This document shows positions 1 to 13,900 of a stretch of DNA of 64,000 nucleotides, one piece after another (the stretch's first letter is position 1; each line of letters starts with the position of its first letter). Both the position numbers and the translations under genes were made by a program. The DNA is from Tubiluchus corallicola (lineage: Eukaryota; Animalia; Priapulida). The stretch lies in NCBI GenBank assembly GCA_030141605.1, contig JAQGDQ010000382.1:124001-188000 (forward strand), in the 5' to 3' direction. The notes under the pieces are model-generated. The model was given only the letters and a program-made list of their open reading frames with translations, was not told where the DNA came from and did no database searches.

Positions 1-380
1 AGGGTTAGAGTTGTGTTAGGGTTAGGGTTAGAGTTAATGTAAGGGTTAGAGTTGGGTTAGGGTTAGGGTTAGAGTTAATGTAAGGGTTAGAGTTGGGTTA
101 AGGTTAGCATTGGATTAGGGTTAATGTCAGGGTTAGAGTTGGGTTAGGGTCAGGTTTGAAGTTGGATTAGGGTTAGGGTGAGGTTTAGAGTTGGGTTAGG
201 GTAGGGTTGGGTTAGGGTTAATGTCAGAGTTAGGGTTAGGGTTAATGTCAGGGTTAGAGTTGGGTTAGGGTTAGGTTTAGAGTTGGATTAGGGCTAGGTT
301 CGGGTTTAGAATTGGGTTAGGGTTAGGGTTAGGGTCAGTTTAGAGTTAGGTTAGGGTAGGGTTGAGTTAGGGTTACGGTT
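1..380 (+). repeat. Degenerate telomere-like (TTAGGG)n array, interstitial/intronic
   Basis: TTAGGG mixed with TTAGAG, TTGGG, TTAATG and TCAGGG variants, with a ~41-bp higher-order unit (AGGGTTAGAGTTGGGTTAGGGTTAGGGTTAGAGTTAATGTA) repeated at the start. It lies downstream (on the minus strand) of the splice donor at 471, so it is inside an intron. Confidence 0.9.
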
Positions 381-471
381 AAAGTCGTGGTATTTAAATT
401 GTATGACGAATTGTAAACTACTTCCATACAAGAAAATAATTGTGCTAAGCAAGTGAGTCGTAACAACATAC

Positions 472-589
472 CTTTCCATTTGTAAATCAGAATCACATCC
501 CAAGTGATTCACGGATTGCAGTGATGCTACCTCTATGTTGCCGGGCCTACTTGTTTCTGTTAACAAACAGGTTTCTACTGCCGACGGAT
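472..589 (-). CDS. TGFBR3: Betaglycan-like gene, coding exon 4
   Basis: ttttcag|AT CCG TCG...GAA AG|gtatgt. Encodes (D)PSAVETCLLTETSRPGNIEVASLQSVNHLGCDSDLQME; overlaps ORF 351..566. Confidence 0.75.
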
Positions 590-3500
590 CTGAAAATAAA
601 GTTATATCACATTAGATTTTATTTTAAATTAATTTGAAAGGTTGTGACTCCATTGCCAAATGGTAGCATTACACGTGAAACGGGAAGCCAGGTAATGCAT
701 AGAATGCCAACTGCTTAGTAGGCATGAGCATCAAACGTTTTTTTCTTTCAGTCCGAATTCAATTTAAAATAAAAATTATAGATTTCAATAATTTTGCACT
801 TCAACTATATACGTTCTTTATCATTAAAACGTTTGAAATGTGCATATCACATTTCATACATGCAATCAGCACAATTTACATGTGATTTCTGCGCACAATC
901 TTCAAACAAATTATTAGTTTTTTTTACTAAAGAAGAAAAAGAAGTAACATGCATAATTTTTGTGGGACCATTTTTTTATTTTTTATTAGTAATTGGAAAA
1001 CTTCTTTAAAAACTTTGAAAAAGAATTCGAAATCTCAAAATTTGGTATGATTCGAGTTTGAATGTCGGAAATCTGATTGATTCGATTTTGCCTTCCAGTA
1101 GAAAATGCTCACCCCTACTGCCCACCACATACGCAACCAGGTTAGGTACCTGAAAATTTGTTTCTTCACTTTCAGTCAGCAAAACGTATAGCAAGAAAAC
1201 TGTGGCAGAGGTATGCGTTACACGTGCGCTGACTTACGCAGCAGAAACTTGGTTAACGTCAGACTTTGGAGCACTCGAGGCGTTATACGACAAAGTTCTG
1301 AAAGTGCTACTGGGAGTAAAATATTCCTCACCAAACGAGTTGTGTTACATAGAAGCAGATATGCCTCTTTTAAAAGAATTAATTTTGAAAAGGCGGAGAC
1401 AACTGCTATGATGGAAGAGATATCAGTGAAGACAAGCGCCCCTATCGATTGCCTGCAATCTGATTAATTCAACAAATTTAAACTCCTGTCGTTACAGAGC
1501 ATTTATGTCTTATTCTAATTATATCCCACAGGTGAGTAGAAGGAAGAGTTTAATAAAGACACATTTTCAAACTTATGTATCTCTCAATCCATTACTCAAA
1601 CAGCACCAGGTACATACTACTACTGTGGCTGGTTCGCTGCGTATCAATTTCAGCCGGTTTGTTATATCTGCACATCACTTGAAAGTTGAAACAGGAAGAT
1701 GGGTAAGACCTCCAATACTGCACCATAGGAGATTGTGTAATATTTGCGAAGATGAAGTACAAGATGAACAACACGTAGTAACAAGATGTAGGGTAACTGA
1801 AGAACTGCGAAGAAAATACAATATGACTTTTAATAATACAGACGATCTGTTTAATTTAGAGCGGGAAACATGTGCAAAAATAATTACAGATATACTAAAT
1901 TTATTCCTATGACAATCTCGCTAGAATACTATTGTACAGTATAAGCGTAAGGATGTATGTAGAATGAATATTTATTGTTATTATTATTTTGTTGTGAAGT
2001 GTTTGCTGGACTAATGTCAATAAACTACTACTACTACTACTACTACTATAGAGCAAACTTTTATTAGGCATTGCTCAGAATTAATTCTTAGTAACAAGTA
2101 TAAAAGAAAACAGGTTGTCAAAATTTTGTATTACATTGTTTTCCTCTACTTCATTTACTGAATTCATTATTACATGTGGTTGCACGTTAGTGCTATCATA
2201 ACATCTTCACATTTTCTTCTGTTCTTTTCTCATTTTAGCCATAGCATCGTTTTTCTTACTTATTGCATTTCTACATACTTTTGTACATAGATTCTCCTTC
2301 TTGTTTCTGTTTCACATTCAGCCGTTCTTACAAGCTATTATAAGCTTCTTGAATTGCTGCAGTAATATTATCACAAATAGATACTAATTGTTATTATTAA
2401 GCCTGTTAACTTGAACTAAAATTATGCAACGATGTACGTATATGTATGTAAAATGTATGTTACTTCGATATACTATTGATGTGAATAAAAGTGCCTGTAG
2501 AGTATTTTACTTACTGCAAAATTCATTTTAGCTAACATGCAGAATAAGGCATACATAAGGGTGAGCTGGGGTGCATTTGCATGTTCAAGCAAGGGAAGTA
2601 AGCATGTGTGCACACCTGCACGTGTGTCAGTGAGTGCGTATCTTATTCTGCACAACAAATAATTATAAGGTTTGAGTAACACTTTACAAATCAGTTTAAG
2701 AATTCTATACAACGTAGTACTAGTGCGGCTATATGGTGCGGTAAAGTGTAAATTCACCACACTACAGGGCCGTAGTCGGCTTTTGAAAAGTGGTCCGGGT
2801 ACAGATACGGAACAGGTAGAAAAAGAATACAGCAGCAACATATAGAAGAGTATATTATAATTTATAATACAGAGTTATAATATAATAGAGCACTACACAT
2901 ACTCAATGATGACATTATTGATTAAAACTTCCCAAACACACATCTGCGCCGCTCATTTCTAGCAGTAAACTCGTTCGCAATTTCCTTCAGGTCGAGAGCG
3001 TCTGTTCTATCCATATGTACATGCAAAGTCATGAGATTGTTCAGTCTAGTTTGAGTCATCGTACTCCGCAAATAAGTTTTTACTCTACGCAGGGCTGAGA
3101 ATGTCTAGGCACGTATGGCAGAAAAAGTGGTCCGGCCATGGCCGGACCGGCCGGACCGCCGACTACGGCCTTGCACTAACGAAGGTTTATTTTACACATT
3201 TTTAAAAACATGCCTGATTTTCACGTTTTTGCTAATAAAAATTACCACTTTTGCAATTTTGAATAGTTCTTTAAGGAATCTGAAATTTAGCCAGTTTAGT
3301 AATCTCTCTAGAGATTGTAAGAAGACTCTAATCATACTGTACAGGCACAGCATTAACAATTCTCATTAAATATCAAGTCTTGATGTGAATGACAGTCTGT
3401 TAGTAAGGTAACTGGTAAAAAGGTAAGCTTTCAGTTACATAATGTAGATCTTGGATAGTACACGAAAATAGCACAATTTAACATGTTTGTGGTGTTACAT

Positions 3501-6500
3501 CATTATTTGCTAAATTGGTGAACAATTGAACTGCATAGCCACTAATAATCATATCCTAGAACATTAGAGCATCGCTGAATAAGATGACAGATATCTGCAA
3601 TGCCAAACCTTAAAGGAAAACTGGATGATTGTGTAAACACGAGTTCAGAATAAAGAACGCTTTAAAATACTGAAAACTACTGTAGCTTATTTTAAATCAA
3701 AGCTAAGATTAAATAATAATTACCTCGGATACTCGAATTTTGTTAAACTTTCAAAACTTGAATCTACTAAGACTGGAAACTGCGCCTTTTTGTTACATTC
3801 ACGTGGCCGACAAATAGAAGGCGGTACCCCGATAACCATGATCATGAACTGCAGTGTTAGTTTCTGACGTCATATGACGTACAACCCATTTTCGCGACAT
3901 CACGTGTTTAAGCAGTAACTTACGCAAACGTGCCTGACATGCAAGGGAAGATGCCTGCCACTGCACAAACTGTGATTAATTTCTGACGTAACCAATAACT
4001 GTGTTCGGTTGCCATTGGTTAAGTTTCAAACTAAATATTGAAATATAAGAAACAATTGCTAACTTTTACAGGCCACAAAATGTGTATTTTGAACAGTAAA
4101 ATAAAATGAGATCGAGTCTAAACAATAGTCCAGTTTTCCTTTAAAATTACACATTAAAACATTAAAAGTTAGGTATAATAAACATACCATTGGCAACTGT
4201 TAAAATCATCTCCAGTCTGGGCTGCCGTAATTCTATCTCTGTTAAAGATGTCACATGACGATTTCTTTCACTCATCCAATCAACCAATTGTGCTGATTCC
4301 TTGGGAAGATATTTCTTGTGCGTCACTTTCACATTTTCCTCACTATGAATACTCACTCGAGAACCGTTGGACACCTGTTGCAACAAAAGAGAGTTAATTT
4401 CTCAAAGACGGTCTCAAAGTCTTTTTCCAGAACACCACAATTGTTCGAGTGCACGATTTCAAACATGAATATGACCATAACTGTGGTCACTAAAGTCTAG
4501 AGATGCTGGCATGGGCAACTCTCCTTTTACTGTCCCTTCTGTCCTTTCTGTACCAAAACACCAAATCCTACTAATTGTTGATGGTAAATGTTGGTACGCC
4601 AGTGTTGTTTATATGGTAAAGCATAATAATATTTCCGGGCATTCTTCAGTATAATAATATTTCAGTGCATTGTTTAGCATAATAATATTTTAGTACAGTG
4701 TTTAACATAATAATATTTCAGTGCACTGTTCAGCATAATAATATTTCAGTAAGATTGTTCAGCATAATAATAATTCAATGCATTGTTTAGCATAAGAATA
4801 TTTCGGTACATTGTTTAACATAATAATATTTCAGTACATTGCTTAACATAATAATATTTCAGTGCATTGTTTAGCATAATAATATTTCAGTGCATTGTTT
4901 AACAAGCAACCACAATTAGTGTTTCAATAAGCTGTTGAAAACATTAATTGGTTTCCCTAGTGACATATTTTTTCACTCACTTTTTTAATTCTTTAACTCG
5001 TTACTGGTTGCAAAGCACTTGACCTAGGCAAAGATTTTATTTTGCAAACGTACCATTTGAAATTAGTAAATACTTTGAAATTAAGATAACTCAGCACCAG
5101 CTTAAAACTTTTAAAGTTGTATTCCTTTAACTGCAATAACACATTCTGACCCATAGGCTCGGCACATACACCCTCAAAAAACCACAGGATTCTAAAAATT
5201 GGTCAACAAGTTTCTTTTTCGAAATTTGAATCAAAATTTTGCGTATAAATTATGGGTTGACTGTCGAAGACCAAAGTCAGACAACAAGTAAACAAAAAAG
5301 GCAGAAATAAACATCTTTGTTAGTTATTTTATTAGGATATGCCCTTAAACAGGCAAACATATCTGAGATAATTTATCAACTGATATGGTCTCTGTTACTA
5401 AAACTTAGCCTCAAGTTTACAGTTTGACATTTGGCACACTGACATCTAGCAGTCGGGATCTAATACACAATGGAGGCCCCAATGGTGCAGTCTTTTTAGT
5501 TCATCACACTTGAACAGATCCAAGACGGGGTACACGTTATTTCAGCATAGCATTTTTTAGAAAAAATATTTAAAGAGAAAACAAACTGGTATAACCACCC
5601 AGCATGTTAGCAGCTGCTGTGTTCAAATACTTTTCCTTAAAATACAGCACACACATTCACACATGGAAAAAATTGAGTGTAATAGATAAAATTTGTATTT
5701 GACTGTTTATGTCACTGACTAGTTGGTTGATTCTAAGATTATATATATATATATATATAATAATCTTTATTTGCCATAAAAATCGACATTCACAACTATA
5801 AAAGCATAAAAGGAACATCGCAGCATGAGAATAAAATTCACACAACTGTTAAAGGCAAATGCGTCCAGTGCAAACTAAAAACTACTGTGCCAAAAATTTA
5901 AAACAAAATATACATTATAATATTACACGGAAATTATAATAGACTATACACTATATATATATACATATAATTTAAAATGGACGTGGGTAAATAAAATTTG
6001 TGCATGAATATATATTATCGTTTACGTATGTAGGGTTTTCAAAACAATTTAATGTATGTATTTTTAATTTTGATTTGAATTCGTCAAAAGACTTGATTTG
6101 TTTTAAATTTGATGGCAGGGTATTCCAAAGTTGAACTCCTTGTTTAGTGATAGAATTGTTGCCGTATTTGTTATTAGTGTGTATTTGTCTAATATTGTGT
6201 GTTCTTGGATTTACTGTTGGCTCCAAGAGGAGTGGAAGCTTATTTTTGATGAAGGGCGTGTTAATATTGTTGATGTATTTACATAAAAACAAGATTGTGT
6301 AGAAGTCTTTATGTACTTGTAAAACTGGGATTTTAAACATTGTTCTTAATTCTGTTGCAGAGGTTTGATTTGTTATGAGGGACGTTTTATTTGAATAGCC
6401 AGCGACTAATCTTAATACATAATTTTGAAGACTATTTAGTTTGTTATAGCTGTCTCTTGAAACTTCATGAAAGTGTGCATGCGTATAAAAAGTACAGTAG

Positions 6501-9500
6501 AATGAGAGTTTTAAAAATTAATAACTTTGTCTGTTTAGTTAGTTGACCTTTTACCTGCCGTAAGTAACAGGTTCTGCATGTCATTTTATCATAAATTTTA
6601 TTAAAGTGGTTATCCCAAGAAAGTTTGTTATCTACACAGATACCAAGAAAACTTACATTGTTTTCCTGTTTTATTATGCTATTTTCAACTTTTATTGTTG
6701 TATTACTTATATTGTCATTTGAGAATTGGGAAAGGACCATGAAATCTGTTTTGGTGCTATTTAATTTGAGTTTCAAATGGGTAAATGCTATGTTAATGTT
6801 TGCGATGTCCTGTTCTAAAAGTCGTTGAGCTGTTGCTAGATTTTCGTGGCCTAAATATATAGTTGTGTTATATTACTGTGTTATATTACAATGTGTTAGT
6901 GTTTTAGATATATTGTTAATATAAAGACAGAAAAGTAAGGGACCCAAAAGTGTGCCTTGTGGTATGCCCTGCTGTAATGTTAGCCATTCTGAGACGGTAT
7001 TTGTAGATAATTTAACTCTTTGTTTTCTGTTTGTCAAGTAACTGTTAATGAGCTTTAATGAAGTTGTACTAAATCCTAATGATTTTAAATTGTCTTTCAA
7101 AATCAAAGGCTTTACTTAAGTCTAAAAATGTGGCTACAACATATTTATTTTCAATTAAATTTGATCTCCAGTTTTCAGTTGCATGTATAATGGCATCAGT
7201 AGTAGAGTGTTTTCGCCTAAAACCAAATTGATGTTTACTAAATATATTGTTAACGTTTATATATGAATTCATTTGTTCATATAGTACTTTTTCCAAAATT
7301 TTTCCAAAACAATGAACAATGGATATAGGCCGGTAATTAACAGGGTCAGTTGATGAGTCTTTTTTGTGGACTGGTGTTACATTGGCTAGCTTACAAATAC
7401 TGGGGAATTCACTGCACATGATCATTTGGTTTGTAATGTAGGCAAGATGAGGTGCTATTATATTGGCGCTGTCCTTTAATATCTTCATGGGTGTTTCAGA
7501 TGGGCCACTACCTTTGTTAATATCTAGTTTAACTAAGATTTTAAATATTTCATTTGTGGTAATGGTGAAAAACGAAAAAGTTGTGTTAGTATTTAATTTC
7601 ATTTTTAATTTTGAAATTATGTTGTTGTAGTTACTATTACGATTAGATGGCCAGCAGAAATTTCCCAAATTAATGAAAGTAGCATTAAGAGCATTTGCAA
7701 TGTCTTTAGTTTTCTTTATTACTTTATTGTCAATTATAAGTTCCATGATATGGGTTTGCTTGTTTTTATATCTGTTAATGACGTTATTAATTATTTCCCA
7801 TTTATCTTTAGAAGACGTCGCATTATTACACTGTTGCTGTATATATTTGTTTTTTAAAGATTTGTTTAGATTATTAAATGAATTTCTCGCTTTTTTATAA
7901 TTATTAGAATTATGTTTAGATTTGGTAGTTGTCCACAATTTATTTAAGCATTGTTTCGTTGTTCTTAGTGAATCCAGTTCTTGAGTAGTCCATGGACTTT
8001 TAGTATTTCGCTTACGTTCGGGTTGAGCAAAAGTTTTTATACGTTTACAGGGGGCGTGCAAATTAAGACAGTATTCAATATTATTTGTAATAAGTTCAAC
8101 TTGGGCATCAATATTAGTAGTGTAATAGATTTCTTTCCAACTCATTTTAGCTAAATCGGCAAGAAAATGTGTCTTATTGAATTGTCTGTAGTCTCTTATA
8201 AGTTTGTATGATTGATTAGAGTCAAAATTTGATGAGGGGGATTTTTGATCCGCTATAATAATAAAATTATGATCTGAATAATCACAAGGGCAGCTGTCGT
8301 GGGACACAAATTTTGTGTTGTCATTTGAGATGAAGTGGTCAATTAATGTAGATAAAGTTTTAGATATTCTTGTCGGTTTGTCATTTATCAGATTGATTGG
8401 TTGAATGATTGATAAATTGACAGACTATGATTTACTGACGGAATTGTAGATACATGCACTAAAAATCTCTCAACCCATACAACACAGCCAGGGATGTTAC
8501 ATTTCCATTTTGGTTTGCTGATAATTGCCCTGTTGAAAATTATTAAGTTTCGTTCGATAACATTTTTCAATGTTTTACTAGTATTTACTCAGCTTACATC
8601 TTTTTTTTCACCTAGACGTTAATAATTGCTGAAAATTTTGTCTAAAACAGTTCAAATAAAGTGTAAATATCATTTATTTAACTTTTTCTACCATTTGTAG
8701 TATTTTTTATACGGGAATATCTCCAGTGCTCACGGCTGAAAAGGTTTAGGGTCTCAAGACACAATCAACCGAAATATCAAAGCGTAATTTCAATGAAACC
8801 AAGTCTAATTTTATAATTTATGAAATATAGGTAACAAAATATTTACAAAATAAAATTTGTCAATTTTTTTGAAGTGTCATAATCTTTAACCATAAGCATT
8901 GTTCTACCTTTTTATTAAGGATTTTTTGCCTAGTTGCTTCATTAAGCTTGTATCAGCGCAAATAAAAGCAAACAAGCCGAAACAATGTATTTTTCTTATT
9001 GCATAATATTTTTTAGTTTTGAAATTACAATGTAGTTGGTTTTGCAAAAATGACGTCGGTTCAGTTTCGTATGTTTTACAAATTTCGCATTCGGTTTGTA
9101 ATTTGAGATTCTGTAACATCCCTGACCATAGCACCAAGTTTTTAGGGCATCAGAAAGAAGATAATCAAATACATCTTATCAGTGCTGACCAAACTTCAGC
9201 AGATTTCTACTAAAGCCAATTTTCTGTCTTTTTGTCATAAAATAGCTCAACGATTAATGAATATTAGTAATATTGTAAATATAAGTTTAGTAAAAGTTTA
9301 AAGTTATGTAAAAATAAACCCTAGAGATATGAAAAATGTGTTAGAAAAATAATGCTTAGAAAAAACCCAAGGGTTGCAAACAGAAGGCAAAGAAACATAA
9401 TTTCTTGAAACCTTGCTGTTGTTTTTCAAAATCAAAACGTCCATGTAGTCACATTTAGTACTTAAACTGCAATGTAAATTGACTATCTGCTTTTTGTCAT

Positions 9501-10949
9501 GGAAAATTTATTCCTTAAGAAAAAGCAATTACACATATTAGACAAAGAGTTACTTTCTAAACTTAATGAGATGAGCCTAGTTTAAGAAATGCTAAATACC
9601 AAGAAAGATGCAATCCTTCTGAGGTGTGTTTAATCTAAAGATACCTTCTCAAAATCGGCCAAGCAAGACATCAAACCTCATTCTTTCTGTTTTTTTTGAT
9701 TGTCAAAAGTTTGCTGAATGAATGTAACAAGTGGCTTTACAGTCAAAGGGGTTTATTCTACCAGGTGTGAAAGCTAGTAAAAACATCTAAAACACGTGTT
9801 TCCCTTGGCTAAAACTTATTGTCATAATTAAAAACAGAAACCCAAGCAGGCAAAAATCCAAAAACAATTTTATCGTCAACCAGCTTCTCTCTCTTGAAAT
9901 TCAGCTATTTTCAACTGTGATGCAAAAGACCGACCTCACAACAGGGTAACATTTGAAGCTAAGCTGGCTGCTTCAATCTAGAAAGTGCCAAGAACCTATT
10001 GCTGGAATTACTGTAAGCACAGGCCTGCTGAAAACATAAATTCTCTAAAATCAATACATTGTGTTAGTTGGAACTAAACCATGGCAGTGATAGCCATAGA
10101 ACAGCCATCTTAAAGTGAAGCCATACTAAAACTACTCCACGTGTGAAGCCAGGTCACAGTTGCAAGAGAATTAGATTTACTTTTACTAACAACAGGCAAC
10201 TACAAATATCGATTAGCTATAGCTATGAATGCATAATGACTTACAAATATTTAGTTATTATATCGTTATTCACAGAGCTCTGGACAGCTAAGTGCAAAAC
10301 TTGCAAATTGATATTAAACTGGTTGTTAGTGGTACAGATTTTCAATTGCACTTTAAGTAAATTGAAAGCCATAAGACTTTTGTCTGAACTGAAGAGCTCT
10401 GCTGAAAAGTCTTATGTCTTTCAATTTAGTTACTGTATGACTGCATAGACCTGTGCACTGTGTAATAAATGCTGAAACTTTACCATCATGGTCTTAGTAT
10501 TATTTAAAGCATTATTGAAATTGACATTAATAACTGGCCCTATTGTTGTAGTTAACGTATTTTAAAAAAAATTCGACTCAGCATAAACCTTCTCAGTAAA
10601 TATGACTCAAACTAATTTTCCAGTTCACAGTTTAAATAGGTTTCGCTCTTAAACTTGTTCTACTTGAACGTTTCACTAAACTTTAAGAAGTTTCATTTTT
10701 TTGAGCAGTCGTATTGTCTTATGAAATACATATCGTTAACAAAACATTTATACATCATTTTCTATACTTATCTAACCAAATGCCTATTTAGATATGTGCA
10801 GTGGAGCCACTTTTATTGGATAATTCAAATTTTTTTTGTTTGCAGGTGTCTTTTTGTTGTTTGGCATGAGGTAATTTCTAATAATTTTGGGGTTTGCATG
10901 TAATTTGCAGATTTAGTATTTTGTGTGTGTGTGTGTGTGCGTGCGTGTG

Positions 10950-10982
<33 letters not shown>

Positions 10983-13900
10983 CGTGTGTGCGTGCGTGCG
11001 TGTGTGTGCATGTATAGTAACTTGTTTTTAGTATGTTATACGGCAGTTTTATATAACACTGAAAATAAATGGTGAATTGAATTGAATTGCAAATTGAAAC
11101 TTTTTCACAGGGTGGCGAATAAAGAATACAATCACAATTCAATGAATACATTCCAAAATCACATAACGAGCTGTCAATTTGTCGAATCATTGTCAACTAG
11201 TCAGCATCTCATTTCGATCCATCATCACTTATAATAAAGATGTTCAAACTGCAAAGATTACGTTTAAGATGCTTTTAGATAAAAGCGATAAGTACCTTTT
11301 ACATCGAGCAGTAACAGTACCAGAGTAGAATAGAATAGAACAGTAATGCTTCTTTGGATATCATAAATACAAGTAACAACAACTGTCAAATATAACTTGT
11401 GAGACGGAATCACAGAAAGGCTATACAGTCATCGCTGCTGTCACCACATGTTAAGGTGGCTAATGCTACTGTGCACATTTATAAAGAAAAATTCGATATG
11501 AAAAAAATCGTAACAGTTGCATACTTAACAAAACTTAACTAAAAGAAATTTCAAGCAAAACAAAATCATAAGAAATCAAAATAACATCAACACAAAAAAA
11601 GCAAATGAAAACGTAATTGCAACAATAAATGCAAGCAATGAAAAAAAATAAGCAACTAAGATACCTTCCCCTTTCAATAGTTTACAAGTTAGATAATATT
11701 GTACCAGATATAAAGCACACAGAAGAAACAGAGAGACAAAAGCAGCTTTTGCCTATTAATACTATTTCTGAGATTTCAGAAAGTCAATAAGCATTGCAAA
11801 GTAGAAAAAACTTAGCTACTAAACACGGTTTAGCTACTTATGTTCGAATCATCAAAAACAAAAAAAAGGCAAACTTAGTAACTTTACGTCAAGTTTGGTT
11901 TGCACTACTTGGACACTACTTTACGGCAGTGGTTTGCAGAAAATTCAAGCTCCAATGTCTTGTACATGTCAAACAATTAACTTCTACCTAAACCAGCCAA
12001 ATACCAGTACTGTAACTCATTTAGAAATCAGTCAAAAAGACGAAACTTTTTTGGTCTCTACGACCTTTCAGATACCATTTGGTCGCAGGTTAACTGACAG
12101 TGTTAGCAACAGTTTCCAATATCTGACATGCAGGCACTGTTGCCAGTCTAAGTATGCACGGCTGAAAATGTACGTAAAGGAAAAACCAACGAAATTACAC
12201 CTGTTTTAACCTTTCATGTATGTCCATCTTTCGAACTATACCTTCCCCAATGCTTTACAGGTTAGATAATTTTGTGCAATCTAGGTCCTAAAACTGGATC
12301 CCGTTTCCACTAAACAGTATTCTCTACTCACCATGCATAGCAACTACATCCTCAGCATTTCAACTTCAGAAATTTTTTAGCCTGGTTCAAAATGTTAGTG
12401 CATGAATTGAGCCAGTCCCCTGATAAACCCCTGCATGCATTCAATACTCTATTAAATGCATCTAATAGCACAAGTGACAAACCGGGAACAAAAAAGAACA
12501 CTTACTATAAATTTAAGTGATTTATCTTCAAGACTGTGCACTTGAACATCCCACAACATAGGTACTTCTGCTGAATTCAACAGGATAAGCAGAGGATTCG
12601 CCAAGACATCAGACCAGCCTTCACCGACAATGGTCAGTTTAGCAGAAGCAGCTACAGCACTAGCAATCTCTGACGTGCGTAAAACGTTAACGATGTATAC
12701 TCCATGTCCTGAAGATGACGAGAGTGCGGAGCAGCCGTGCACAGGTACAGACTCTTTGTTGTACACGGATATGTAGAGGGACTTCAATGGCTGGATATCA
12801 CATCTGCTTTCACCACTGCCGGATGCTGCAATTAAACACAGACTTTTTATCTGCACTATGAAAGAAGAACCACACTGCAAATTATACATAGAATTCTACT
12901 TTCCAGTTAAACCTGTTGGTTTAGTACATACGGGAATAAACTACTGAACATTGCAACAGATTTTAGGGGAGACTGAAGGTAAACAATCGACTTGACTTAC
13001 ATACGATTACAATTTCATATCGTTATTGGATCATGATAATTACCAGAACAAGCTATCATTACTGTCATTGTACAGGTACTTTAGCTTCGCATCAACGTGG
13101 ATTTATTAAGCGAAGCATACTGTATTACACGTATTAATCATAATATATGTATGTCTAAAATCGCACAGGTTTATCAAAGGTCTAAACTGCACATAAAAAA
13201 ATAAATAAAAAACAGAATTTACCAAAATATAAAAATTCTGGAACTTAACTCCATACCACGTCACTTTATTAATATGCCAATCCTCATAGTGATATATTAT
13301 GCTTTAGTGTATCCATACTTACAGTACTGTGTGCAGGCTGGGGAAAAACTAAGCAATACATACTACAACCACTTACCACCTTACAAAACAAAATTGCTAA
13401 ATTAATTACATTCTCTCATTACAAAGCAAATGCTACACCTTCGTATAAACAGTTAGATATACTAAAAGTTTGCGATATATACAGTTTGGAACTCTTTAAG
13501 TTTATGTACAAGTATAAAACAGGCACTTTGCCAGGTATATATAAGAACTATTTTTTAAAAATAAACGAAGTCCATTCATACTCGACGAGATCCTCAAAAA
13601 AAGGTTTCTACTTTCAAAATAGGTACAAGACTCAATATGGCTTGAATTCTCTACACCATAATGGTGTCAAACTTTTTAATAGTCTCCCTCATGAAATCTT
13701 AGCATGCCAAACATTGCACACTGCAGTTAAAAAATTTCGCCTCTATTTAATCGGCAACTATTCAGTTAATTAATGGATTTAGGAAAAAAAAATTTAATCT
13801 TAGTTTCGAAATCTCTTAGTTATCTTTCGGTTCGACATCTATTTCACTGAATATTCACATAGTCTAGAAAAAAAGATTCAGCATTATCCTTATTGTTTAT

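Noticed and set aside
1-380. True chromosome-end telomere
   Set aside because: Wrong orientation for a left end (G-strand on +), heavily degenerate, and a spliced gene continues leftwards through it.
4375-4540. Apparent pseudogene extension upstream of the 4374 exon (frame interrupted only by TGA)
   Set aside because: A strong acceptor at 4375-4376 and in-phase joining to the 12506 donor explain the exon; the upstream sequence has no recognisable motif.
4621-4902. CRISPR-like array (28-bp repeats)
   Set aside because: The units are directly adjacent with no unique spacers, there are no cas genes, and the context is a eukaryotic intron.
9330-10050. Possible very old L1/Tx1-like ORF2 C-terminal remnant (FFDC-like motif)
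   Set aside because: Too degraded to support by eye; it would need a translated profile search.
11320-12400. Possible decayed minus-strand LINE 3' end with a (TTCTA)n tail and a ~45-bp local duplication (11661 vs 12238)
   Set aside because: No diagnostic protein motif recovered, and boundaries cannot be defined.
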